Positions 1 through 12,209 of a stretch of DNA of 64,000 nt are shown here, one piece after another. Origin of the DNA: the human T2T-CHM13v2.0 reference genome, Homo sapiens. Numbering within the stretch: position 1 is the stretch's first letter; every line of letters starts with the position of its first letter. The notes beneath the pieces are model-generated. The model did no database searches. It was given only the letters and a program-made list of their open reading frames with translations, and had not been told where the DNA came from. Where the stretch lies: the NCBI RefSeq assembly GCF_009914755.1, contig NC_060944.1; one strand, given 5' to 3'. Made by a program: the position numbers and the translations under genes.

Positions 1-823
1 GGAAAGCATCCTGGTGACGGCCATTCCCAGCTATGTGACCCTGGCCAACTTACTCCCTGTCCCAGGGCCTCTGAGATAAGACAGGATGTGGTGAGGCTGC
101 CAGCTGCTGTGTGTGCTGTATGGGAGCAAGCAAGCCTACTCTGCAAATCAGAGAGAAAGCACCATCCGCACCTGGACAGCCGCTCTCTGTCCTGCCGTCT
201 CCCTGAACAGAGCTGCATGCCCAGATTTGGTGCAGTCTCCTTGCTGGCCTCACAATCAGCTTTCCATGACACAGACCTGCCCATGGACCCCAGCATGGAA
301 CCAGGACTGGGCGAGGACTTGCCCTCAACCCACCCGTTGTGCCTAGCTAGACCCCAAGCCTCCTGTGTCCCCCATTGCGGGTCCCAAAGCCACCCGCACC
401 CCCTGCCTTGGCACCTCCACACAGAGGCTCTCCCTTCATGCTTGCCCTCCTGACCGTGTGCCAGGAACCCCTGCTCAGCCCACACAGAGCCAGCTCCTGC
501 GGCATCTCCCAGAGCCCTTCTAGACTGACGGCCGCGCCCCTGCAGCTCTTCTCCTGCTACAGTGGGGACTTCAGGGAACATTCCCAGCTTAAATCATGAC
601 ACCCAAAGGACAAGGGCATAAATGGCATAAATGGGATTTGGAGCCTGAATTTTCTTAGTGTCTAGAGACAGAAGAGGATGGTAATCTAGGGCTTTGCGGG
701 GAAGCGTGAATGGAGAGGCCATGCTGCCTCCCAGGTAGGGGAGAGAGGCTGTTACCAGTGCTGGGTGAGGCAGACCATGGAGAGCACTCTGATCGCCAGC
801 GGGGTTGGGCATCACTCTCAGAT

Positions 824-1126
824 CTTTTGTTCTTTTTGACAGTATCTCTCTCTGTTGCCCAGGTTGGAGTGCAATGGCACTATCACGGCTCATAGCAGCC
901 TTGCCCTATGGGGCTCAATTGATCCTCCTGCCTCAGCCTCCCAAGTAGCTGGGACTATAGGCACACACCACCATGCCCACCACACCTGGCTAATTTTTAA
1001 ATTTTTTGTAGAGATGCGGTCTCACTATGTTGCTCAGGCTGGTCTTGAACTCTTGGGCTTAAATGATCCTCCCACCTCAGCCTCCCAAATTGCTGGGATT
1101 ACAGGCATGAGCCACTGCACCCAGCC
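824..1126 (-). mobile_element. Alu (AluJ-like)
   Basis: Antisense dimeric Alu. TSD tcactctcagat (812-823) / tcactctgagat (1127-1138). Confidence 0.93.
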
Positions 1127-1427
1127 TCACTCTGAGATATTAATGTGCATGATTAGACTTTTTAGTATTCATGTAATTTGTGGCTTGGTAAGGGAATACA
1201 ATAAATATACTTTTTTGTTTGTTTGTTTGACTGGTTGTTGTAAAGAGTGAAGTAGGGAGGCAACAACCAAGGGAACTGGCTCATCAGAGCACTTTCCCCA
1301 AACCTCCCGTTCTTCAGTGAAAACAGAATCTGAGGGGAACTAACCTAAAGTTGCTAATTTAAGACTCTGGAGTGATCACAGCAATATATTAAATTAGATC
1401 TTAGAAACTGAGACTAGGAAAATCAAA

Positions 1428-1487
1428 AGAAGGAAGGAAGGGAGGGAGGGAGGGAAGGGGAGGGGAGGGGAAAGGAGGGAGGGAGTC
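1428..1487 (+). repeat. Purine-rich (GGAA/GGGA) low-complexity tract
   Basis: Seen directly in sequence. Confidence 0.85.
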
Positions 1488-4400
1488 ATATGGGAGGAAT
1501 GAGCTAACCCTCCACACAGATCCTTTTTGGAAGTTGTCAGGGTATAAATAAAACACAAATACTATTAAAGTGCTAATTATTGACAAATTGTTGTCAAGCA
1601 GAAGTCCTGCTTCGCCTATTTAAATGCCTAGGCTATACTTAAAATGTTTATATGCATAAATTAATGTAATTGGTGAATGGAGTATGAAATGAACAGAACT
1701 TAACAATACCTTATAGTTTGGACCAGGTGCAGGGAAACATTCTCAAACATCTGACTTGTCAAATATTTTAAAGCAGCGTTATTGCTTTCAAGCAATTCTG
1801 TTACCTTGCAATTAACAAGCTTATGTTTCAAAGGAGTTCTTTCAGTGGCCTACTTTAATAAGTGAAAGCTAACATTTGAAATTAACAGCCAATTTGTACA
1901 TGTTTGTTGAAATTCTTAAGGACATTAGTATCTTAAGTAGGTTAGGCAGCTTCCTTGCTAATGTTTGAACATCGATGTAATTGGTCCACACAGCATTTTG
2001 TCCACCCTAATAGCCTGCCTCTCCTGTGTGACAGTCTTCTAACGATCCTCACATTCCAACACCCATGTGAAATGAAATGGGCCCAGGGAGGGGTGTTACT
2101 CCAATGTTGCAGGAAACCGGGATTCTGAGATTCAGAGAACCCCACCATCCACCTGAAATCCCTAAGGGGGTGATGAGCGAGACCTGGGTTCAGCCTGGGT
2201 CTTCCAACCCCAGGTTCTACGCTCTTACAGCTCCTCTAGCACCCATCCAGAACCAAGCTCCTGACCCAGCAAGAGAGGCCACCTCTCTCTAACTGCCAGG
2301 CCCCTCTGTGAAGACTGTAGGGCTTTGCGGGAGCCTGGGAGCACAAGGAACCCATGCTGCACCCACTTCATCCTCCCCATGGACCCGGGGCCAGGCAGGC
2401 TTTTTTGGTGTCCAGAACTCACCCGGGTTCCTCCCCAAGTGGCCTCTTCTCACAGGCACATTTTCAGAGGGGACACACACAGGTCCTCAGTTTATCCCCA
2501 CACTGCTGTCCCCGAAACAGGCGCCCAATGGAAGGTCTGCACGGTCTTTCATCTTCCACCTCCTCCTCTCAGCATGCTGCTGCCCGAAGTTCTTAATGTC
2601 CTCCTGCAGCTCAGAGAACATGGGATTCTTCCCTCTCCCCTCCCCGCCCCACCTCCCCCACCCGCCCCTCTCTGTAGAGGAAGGACCCCTAAGAGGTCCA
2701 GGGAAATCATTTAGCACATCCACGAGCCTGGGTGGAAAATTAGTTACATCATTATTTTTATCAACCTCTACCTGAAATTTAGCACTTCCTCCAATTAGGA
2801 GTGTAAGCAACACACGGCAGAGTTTGTTGTGACTTTGCACCAGGAGAAACCACAGATGTCTTCACATCACATAACAGCTGTTGATGGTATTTTAAAATAT
2901 TGTTTATGCTCATCACTACTTTAAAAATGCAAACCCAAATGTTAGTTATTATTTAGTGTCTTAAAGTAGCCCATATATTTCTATATTGATTATGATTTTT
3001 AATGTTTCCAAAGCTCTATTTCAATATATTTGGTTCCTCTTTTAAGCCTCTGTATTTTATTGTATACATTTAAGAACACTATTCCGAGACAGGGGCTGTG
3101 GCTCTAAGAAGGTGAGGTTCCCCACCTGGCATTGTGACATGTTGTCCATCTGGCCGGCACCTCCTTCCCACCCAGCTCAAGGCCTTTCACCAAGGCCTTT
3201 CCAGGGGCTCGCGCCCCTCCTCCACCTGCATCCTCCCAGCTCTGCCTTTGGGGATTTTAATTTGAAGGAAATAAGCTCCCATTCCAGACAGGGCCGAGGT
3301 TGGCTGGGCCAACCTGCCTCCCCTCTGGCAGTGAAAGGCCTGCCCTCTGCACTCTCAGCCACCTCAGGGCCCAGGTTTCTGGGTTCAGCAGAAGGAAGCA
3401 CAGGAGCTGATTTGCGGGGAGCAGCAGCAGCTCCCAGGAGAAGGCGCAAGGAGGCCCCTGCAAGGCGGAGCAGAAAGGAGCAGGTGCAGGGGGTGAGGCA
3501 GCTGGACAGGGCTGAGGCAGCTGGATGAGGCTTCAGCCTTCACACCTGGAGAGCAACTGGCTGAGCTTGGAGGAGAGAAAATCACCTGCTAGCTTCGCTG
3601 TTTGCTGCTGCTGTGATGCCCGGCTGCTCCTCATAAGGTATGCACTTCCCAACCCTTCACTGAGCTACTGTCGCCAGGCAGGGTGCCGGCACTGGGGACA
3701 CTGCACAGAGCAGGACCAAGGCGCCATCCTTGTAGGGTTTGAAATACCAGGCCACGTAGCAGAGCCCCGGTGGCTGCTGACCTTCAGGGTGTGGGCCAAG
3801 GAGGTGGCTTCGGTGGCTTCTGGAGGTATCTGCCCGCTTCCACAGCCCTCTGCGGCACCCGTGCACTCTCAGGCCTCTCCCTCTTCCTGTAGCTGCTTAA
3901 GTCACTCAGGAGGTTTACATAACAGACAGAAAATTTACCCGGTGTGATAGGTGGGCCGAGAAGAGGTGGCCGCCTGGGTGCTGTCCCCAGGGTTCTCCTG
4001 CAGCACGGGGCCTGCACCCCATCGCATGACTCTGCAAGGGGCTGCTCACCCTCCAGCCGTCCCCACCGAACCTCCGTGCTCCTGGCCCGCATCCTTCCTC
4101 TCCCTCACCTCCTAAACTCGGTCACCGACTCTGCCCCATCAGGACACCCTCCTCTCTGCTGCCCTGTCACCTCCGCACCCAGCTGACTGAGGGACAAAAG
4201 GGGACATGGCACTGCTCTGAACCCAGGAAAGCTGGGAATGGACTTGCGTGCCTTCCTCACAGTCACAGCTGCATCCTTTGGAGATGCAGCAGCAATGCCT
4301 GTGAGACAAGACCTTTAATGAGCTTCTAGACACTGCCCTCCGGGTGCTCCTGAGAACTCGACTTTGTCAGAGTCTCCTCCTTCTGCGAAGGGGCCCCAGA

Positions 4401-4544
4401 CATAGGCAACCCATTTCACCCTCAGACTCCTCTGCCGACCCAGCAAAGCCCGGGGGTGCATTTTGTCCTCTGAGATTTACCACAAGGAAGCCCCCCAAAA
4501 GAGTAGGCGAACCCAGGACCTTCTCAGCTGTGCTCCTGGCCAAG

Positions 4545-5225
4545 GAGAGCCCAGGGGAGGCTGAGGGAGAGCTCGGGAAGCTTAAGGAGGGTCTGGGAGA
4601 GGGGAGAGCCCGGGAAGGGGGTCCTGGGGGAGGGTCTGAGAGTGGGGAGAGACCGGGAAGGGGGGTCCTGGGGGAGGGTATGGGAGTGGGGAGAGGCTGG
4701 GGAGGGTTGAGAGCCCGGGGAGCGGGGAAAGCCTGGAGAAGCGGGAGAGCCCGGGGAGTGGGGAGAGCCTGGGGAGGGGGAGACCCCGGGTGGGGGCTGA
4801 AGTCTGGAGAGCGGGGAGAGCCTGGGGAAGGGAGATGCTGAGAGAGAGCCCGGGGAGTGGGGAGAGCCCGGGAAGCAGGAAGAGCCGGGGGAAGAGGGAG
4901 AGCTCGGGTAGGGGGGAACCCGGGGAGTGGGGAAAGCCCGGGGAGGGGGGTCCTGAGGGAGAGCCCAGGAGTAGGGAGAGCCCAGGGAAGGGGGAGACCC
5001 TGGGGAAGGGGGAGAGCCTGGGGAGGGGTAAGAGCCCGGGGAAGGGAGAGAGCCCGGGGAGAGGGGAGAGCCCCGGGAGGGGGGAGAGTCCCGGAAGGGG
5101 GGTCCTGAGGGACAGCCCAGGGAAGGGGGAGAGCCCAGTGAGGGCAGAGAGCCCAGGGAGCGAGGAGATCCCGGGGAGGGGGGAGAGCCTGGGGAAGGGG
5201 GTCCCTGGGGAGGGCCCAGGGAGAA
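4545..5225 (+). repeat. G-rich minisatellite, ~18-bp unit (gagagcc[c/t]ggggagNggg)
   Basis: Many degenerate tandem copies. The 6-codon GESPGR periodicity of the track ORFs reflects the 18-nt unit. Confidence 0.92.
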
Positions 5226-7014
5226 GGGTTCTCTACCATCTCTGGGAGGCAGAGCACCAGGCCTCGTGGGCACCACGGGGCTCAGCCTCTCCTTCTCTTG
5301 TCGGGGTCATTTCTGACCAGACAAATTATGTCCCGACTAGCCTGCTATTCTGCCAACCCAAAGGGGTATTCTCCTCTATACTCCGAGGAAAAAAAGACAT
5401 CATCCCAACAGCAGCTTCATTAGCTTTATATTTTCCTCTCATCTTTTGAAGCTGGAAGAAGAGGTTCTGTGTTAAAAATGTTCCTTCCCACTGTGCATAA
5501 TGCTAATGTCCTCCACATATTAAAGTTAATGGAGTATTTTACACACTGAGAAGAGCTGCTGTGACCTTTTCTTCTTTTGGATGAGTCTCTTATTTTTTTC
5601 TCTCTTACCTCTTCCCCTCCATGTGACTCTTTTTCCTTTTTCCTTTCTTTGTTTTTTATTTTATTTATTTTGTGGTGGTTGTTGTTGTTTCAGATATGTA
5701 ACTGCTGTAGCCAAGAGACCAGGGCATTAGGGCTTGTATTTCCTTAATTGCAACAACAGCAAAAAATATCATCAAATAATATAGAGGGAGACAAAACGCA
5801 CCTGTTTTCTTCCAGGTATGGCCTCTGTAGAACCTCCTGCTCTTATATGAGAAGACTGAGGTTTACAGTCTCTTTTGCAGGGCAGGAGTGTTGAAGCCTC
5901 CTGGAATTTAAAACTGCCAAAAGGGTTAAAGAAAAGCTGTGGTCTTGAGTCTATCTCATTGTTTTAAATGCTGGAAAAATGAAAATGCCTATGTTAAGCC
6001 TGTGTGTCTGACTTAGTGGAACCCTCAGCCCTCAGCCAAACTTGACTAGTGTTACACCTCAAGGATCCTTTAATCGGGTGCATAACAAGGATCTGGACTG
6101 GCTGCGCAGTGTGTCCACATAAGCTCCTAAGGCCTTCACTGCAGCTTTTCTGAAGAGTGGGGACCCAGGGCCATTCCTCCTGGGCCCACTGGTCATTGTC
6201 ATCATCAAGTCTGTTCTCTTTAAATGTTGCTGTTATGAAAGGAGCTGGAGGGTAGCCAATCACTTGTACAACACTACTTCAGTCTTGTTTCACTTCTCAA
6301 TATTTGCAAAGTGATAAGAGAGACAAGTCTGCCATCCTCATGTTCCTGTTCGTAGATGATTCTCAGGGGAGCTGGTATTTATGTGACATAAACAAGAGCA
6401 TGCATTTGCAAGTGCATGCACACACATAATTCAAGAACCTTGCTATACATTGTATTTATTTTTAATGTTTATAATTAAGATAAATGTAGTGTTGCCACTA
6501 TATAATAGCATAGCCCAGACTGACTACATTATCTTCATGATGTTATTAGACAACAAAGCTCCAGCCATTAAAGGAAAGTCATCTTTTAGTGACCAGAACA
6601 TACTGTATCCCAGACCCCATGTGGCATGACCCAGCCTAACTTTCATGTGCAAAATCAGGGTTCTGTATCTTCCATTTGAGTGGCATTGAGGGAGAGAAAG
6701 GGTGATGCAGAGGCTTCCAAGTTCAGACCCTGCATGATGCAAGGCATGTTGTGGAGTTCTGCACATGAGGAAACTGAGGCCGTGGGAGTTTAAATATGGA
6801 CTCAGCTAAAGAGGTTCAAAATCCTGGCCACCCTGGAGAGCTTCCCTAAGACCCTACAGGAGAAGGTAAATTCTTCTTCAGGACAACTTTGTGTCAGTTC
6901 CTGCAACCTTCAAGCCACAATCTATGTGATTCTTATCAGTTTTAAAGGAAAGTATTTTATACACAACTCCAGATCCCTGTTTTCTGATAAACCTCAAAAT
7001 TGTATTTACAACAC

Positions 7015-7550
7015 TGATCTATTTATTGCTGCTACCCATACATGGTGGCATAAACAACTTTTTCATTATGCTCATGATTTCTTTGGTTGGGAGTTCAAGA
7101 AGCAGCATGAGGATGGTTTGTCTCTGCACCATGATGTCTGGGACCTCAGCTAGGAAGACCCAAGGCTGGGGGGTGACCTGACAGCTAGGAGGAAACATCT
7201 GGAGGTGTCTTTACTCCCACATTTGGTCATCAGTGCTGGCTGTTTGCAGGGACTTTAAACAAGCCATCCATAGGAGGCCCATCTCATTGCCTTTCCATGT
7301 GGTTTCTGCACATAGGCTAATTTGAGCTTCCTCACAACACGGCAGCTGGCTTCCTCAAGCAAACGTCCTACATCAAGGTGGAGCACAAGATCTGGTTATG
7401 ATCCAACCTTCAAAGCTAGGCAGCATCACTTGTACTGGACTGTACTGGTCAAGGCATTCATAGGAGGAGACATAGATGTCAAGGCTCTGGAAGATTATAA
7501 GGGATGGGAAAAATTGCAGCTGCTATTTTGGGACTATATAGTCTGCCACA
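7015..7550 (-). mobile_element. MaLR LTR remnant (MLT1-type)
   Basis: Motifs such as ttattgctgc...cattatgctcatgatt...gtctctgcaccatgatgtctgggacctcagct typical of antisense MLT1 LTRs. Confidence 0.65.
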
Positions 7551-9221
7551 GCTGTATTTCCAAGGATGAAAGAAAACTATACACATAACGTATTTGTATT
7601 AATAGGTTCATAGGAAAATGAATAATGACGGAACAATTGTTTTCCTAAATACTTTATTCAAATCAATATATCAAATTAACAAAATCTCTTTGACCTAAAA
7701 TGCCTTCTGTCAGTTCTTATAAGTTCATGGCATTATTTCAGTAAAAGGTAAAAGGCAATTTGACTGAGATGCTATTATAACCTCTCAGGTGCCCGTTGGC
7801 ATACAAAGCAATGATGATAAACACATTACCTGATGGAGATAAAAGGGCTAAGAATCTTGTGAATCTTCAGTGGGCAAAGTAAACAGCATTATGTTGATAA
7901 TGCTAAATGATAGCATTAAATATTTTAAGAGTGTTAAAAAATAAGCTAAGTTAGCATATTCCATCAAATATCTGCAGCCTGATGTTTTGTATGTGTACAA
8001 GAAAGGAATAGAAACTGTCTCAACAAAAGAGAGCAACCTTAAAGCATTTGCTAATCTTCCACATGCATCTCACTTGTTATTCTAAAAACAAAGTGTTGGG
8101 AAAGCTTATCTATTTACTTTTGCTACTTACGTAAATAACTTATCACATCATAAGTGCATTGCACTTTGAAGGTTTCAGTTGGTTGGCTTAGCACATGGTA
8201 AACACCAATTTGGCATTCTCTCTTGTTAAGTGGCCATTTGCAAAATGTATTATTTCAGATTTGCTGAAATACTGAATTTCTAAGTTTACACTCTGCTTAT
8301 TCATATTTTTAAATAACTCTTTTGCCATTTGGTCCCAAACCCATGTGCTGATGTGTCTGCTGGGTCTCATTTCTTCCCCTGTATTAGTATCTGAAGCAGT
8401 GGCATCCTTTTTTTGGGGGAAAACTCTACCCTGGGAAGGGACAGAAAGATTTGAAAGTCATACCCTTTTCTGGAGTGCACCCCAGGCCAACTATGCACTC
8501 CAAAGAATGATACTTGATCAGATCAGAGAACATGTCCTTCCCTATGCCCTACCACCATGTGAATGAGCTTCCAGTATAATAACCATGAGTTGAGCTTGAA
8601 AAACCACAAGACATATACTCTGACTTAGGTGCCATATATAAGGGAATCCAAATGCCAAGAGAAGAGGCAAAAATAAGGACATTAGAAGTTTCTGACACCT
8701 AAATCTACACCAAACATTGAATACACTTCAACTCCTGGCCAAATTAACATCAATTCTCACTTGAAAGTCTTATTTAACTCAGTATCTTCTGCTCTATACC
8801 ATATGTCTATATTTCAACATAATATTACAAGGCAGGCCAAAAGTCAAGAGAACACTGATGAGACAAAATAATCATCAGAACCAAACTCAAATATGACTCA
8901 GATGTTGGAATTATCAGACATGTAATTTAAAACAATTATGATCAATATGTGAAAGACGTTGATGGAAGAGGTAGACAACACATAAGAAAATGGATGTCAG
9001 CAGAAAGATGAAAAGAAATGCCAGTAATACAAAACAGACAAAGAAATGAATAATTTTTTATTGGGCTCATATGTAGATTTGACATGGCTGAAGAATCAGT
9101 GACCTTGAGGATAGGTGAAAGGAAATGACCCAAACTGAAACACAAAGAAAAAAAGGATGGAAAATAAAACAGAGCAGGACAGGAAATCCAGGAATGTGGA
9201 ACAATACAAAATAGTGTAACA

Positions 9222-9559
9222 CAGGGGTCTCCAACCTCCAGGCCACAGACCAGTACTGGTCCATGGCCTGTTAGAAACTGGGCCACACAGCAGGAGGTGA
9301 GTGGCTGGTGAGCAAGCATTACCACCTGAGCTCTGCCTCCTGTCAGATCACTGGTGGCATTAGATTCTCATAGGAATGCAAACCGTATTATGAACTGCAC
9401 ATGTGTGGAATCTAGGTTGCATGCTCCTTATGAGAATCTAATGCCTGATGACCTGAGATGGAACAGTTTCATCCCGAAACCATCCCCTCTGCACTGATCC
9501 GTGGAAAAATTGTTTTCCATGAAATTGGTCCCTGGTGCCAAAAAGGTTGGCAACCACTA
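9222..9559. mobile_element. MER1B-like hAT-Charlie DNA transposon
   Basis: Ends caggggtctccaacc / ggttggcaaccacta. Perfect 8-bp TSD gtgtaaca (9214-9221, 9560-9567). Confidence 0.9.
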
Positions 9560-9876
9560 GTGTAACATATGAAAATTGGAATACCAGAAGAAGAAACAAG
9601 AAATATTTTTTAAAATCATGGCCAAGAATATTCCAATATTAGTCATAGACACCAAGCCACTGTCTTAAGAATCTTAGAAAACATCAAGCAGAATTAGAAC
9701 AAAAAACAAAAACAAACCAACAACAACCAAAAGTAACTGAGATATATCCTGTTTAAACCATAGAAAATTGAAACCAAAGAGAAAATCTTGAATACATCTG
9801 AAAAGAATGAGGACATTCTCTTTAGAGAAACAAGGATTAAAACTACTGCAGACTTCTCATCAGAAACTGTGCAACT

Positions 9877-10022
9877 CTGTAATCTGAGCTACTCGGGAGA
9901 CTGAGACAGGAGAATTGCTTGAACATAGGAGTCGGAGGTTGCAGTGAGCTGAGATCATGCCCCTGCACTCCAGCTTGGGTGACAGAGCAAGACTCCGTCA
10001 AAAAAAAAAAAGAAAAGAAAAA
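9877..10022 (+). mobile_element. 5'-truncated Alu (right arm plus A tail)
   Basis: TSD agaaactgtgcaact (9862-9876) / agagactgtgcaact (10023-10037). Confidence 0.9.
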
Positions 10023-10803
10023 AGAGACTGTGCAACTAAGAATGCAGTTGACTGTAATCTTTAAAGATCTGAAGAAACAAATAAAGAAAAAATACTGGCA
10101 AGTTAGAATTGCATATTCAGTAAGAATATCCCTCAAAAGTCAAGGATAAAATAGAAACTATCTCAGATAAACAGCTGATGGAATTCATTGCCAGCAGGTC
10201 TGAAGTCTATAAGAAATAGCAAGGAAATTCTTCAAACAGAAGGAAAATGTTACAGGTCAGAAATTTGGATCTACATAAAGAAAAAAAGTACAGCAAAAAA
10301 GAATAACTAGAAGTGAAATAAAATATTTTGTTTTTCTTACTCATAATTTATCTAAAAGATACTATCCATTAAAAGCAAAAATAGTGATGCTGGCTTTGGT
10401 GATTAGAGCATGTGTTCAAGTGAAAAACGAAAACAGCATCCCAAGAAATGAGAAGGGCATTGACAAATACTCTGTTGTGAGGTACCCGCACGACACATGG
10501 AGCAGTATGGTATTATTCGAGGGTAAATTTAGATTAGTTTAAGATGTATACTATGAACCCTGGGCACTAAACTATATATTAAAAAAGAAGTATAAATAAT
10601 AAGTCAGTAGAGGAGATTAAATGGAATCATGTAAAATGTTCAGTTGAAACTAGAAGATTCTGAAAAAGAGGGGGAAAAAACCAGAACAAATCCAACAACC
10701 TTACAAAGATGGCAACCATTAATCTGACTGTATTAATTATCAGTTATATATGACATTTAAAAGACAGACTGTCAAACTGGAGTTTTAAAAATGAGACCCA
10801 ACT

Positions 10804-11128
<325 letters not shown>

Positions 11129-12209
11129 CTACTTTAAATATAAAGATACAGATGTGTTAAAATTAAGGAATGGAAAAAGATGTACTATGCTAACACTAAT
11201 CAAAATAAAGCTGAAGTGGCTGTATTAATTTGAGAAAAAGCTGACTTCAGAACAACAAAGATTATCATAGATAAGGAGGCACACTGGATATGATGAAGGG
11301 TTCGATTATCTAAGAAGATACAACAGTCCTAAACATGTGTGCTCCTAACCACAAAGAGTCAAAACATGAGGCAAAAACTGATAGAAATGAAAGAAGAAGA
11401 TACAATGGTAGTTAGAGATTTTCATGCTCATTTGTCAGTAATTGATAGATCAAGCAGAGAGAAAAGTAGTGAAGATATAAATCATAAAAAATGACCTGAA
11501 TAGCACTATCAATCAACTTGACCTTATTAACATTAAAAGAACATTTCATTCAACAACAGCATAATATACATTCTTCTCAGGGGCACGTGAAGCAGTCACA
11601 ATATAGGCCATATTCTGGGTCACAAAAAAATCCTCAAAAGATTAAAAACAGTAGAGAAAATAAAAAGTATGTGAGGCAGACAACAAAATAATTAAGACAG
11701 AACTAAATAACAGAAAGATACAGGTTATTTCTCAAATATTTGGAACTTAGAAAAAAACCCTTCTCAATAACCCATGGTCAAAGAATAAATCTCAAGGAAA
11801 ACTTAAGAATATTTCAACTTAGTGTACATGAAAATATAATTTAAAATTTGGGAGATGTAGTTAAAGCAATGTTTAAAGGGAAATTTATAGCATTAAATGC
11901 ATATCTTAGAAAAAATGAAAGATTCAATATGTATAATCTAAACTACCTTAGGGCACTAGAGAAATAACAAATTAAACAAAAGGAAGGAAATAACTACAAT
12001 TAGAGAAGAAATGAATAACATTATAAACGGGAAAAATGTAGAGAAAAACAACAAAACCAAATGTCAGTTCTTTGAAAAGCAAACATAAAAATTGAAGAAA
12101 TCAACACAATTAATAAACCTCTAGCCAGGCTAACCAGGAGATAAAGACAACACAAATTATCAATATCATGAAAGAAAGACGGGCCATCACTCCAAATGCC
12201 TGGGACATT

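Noticed and set aside
855-1250. Alu-derived ORFs (also 19251, 25140, 33612, 54228 and others)
   Set aside because: Standard Alu translation artefacts.
4344-5449. Long Pro/Gly-rich ORFs (296, 250, 219, 165 aa)
   Set aside because: Translations of the 18-bp G-rich VNTR. Open on both strands, with no splice or gene context.
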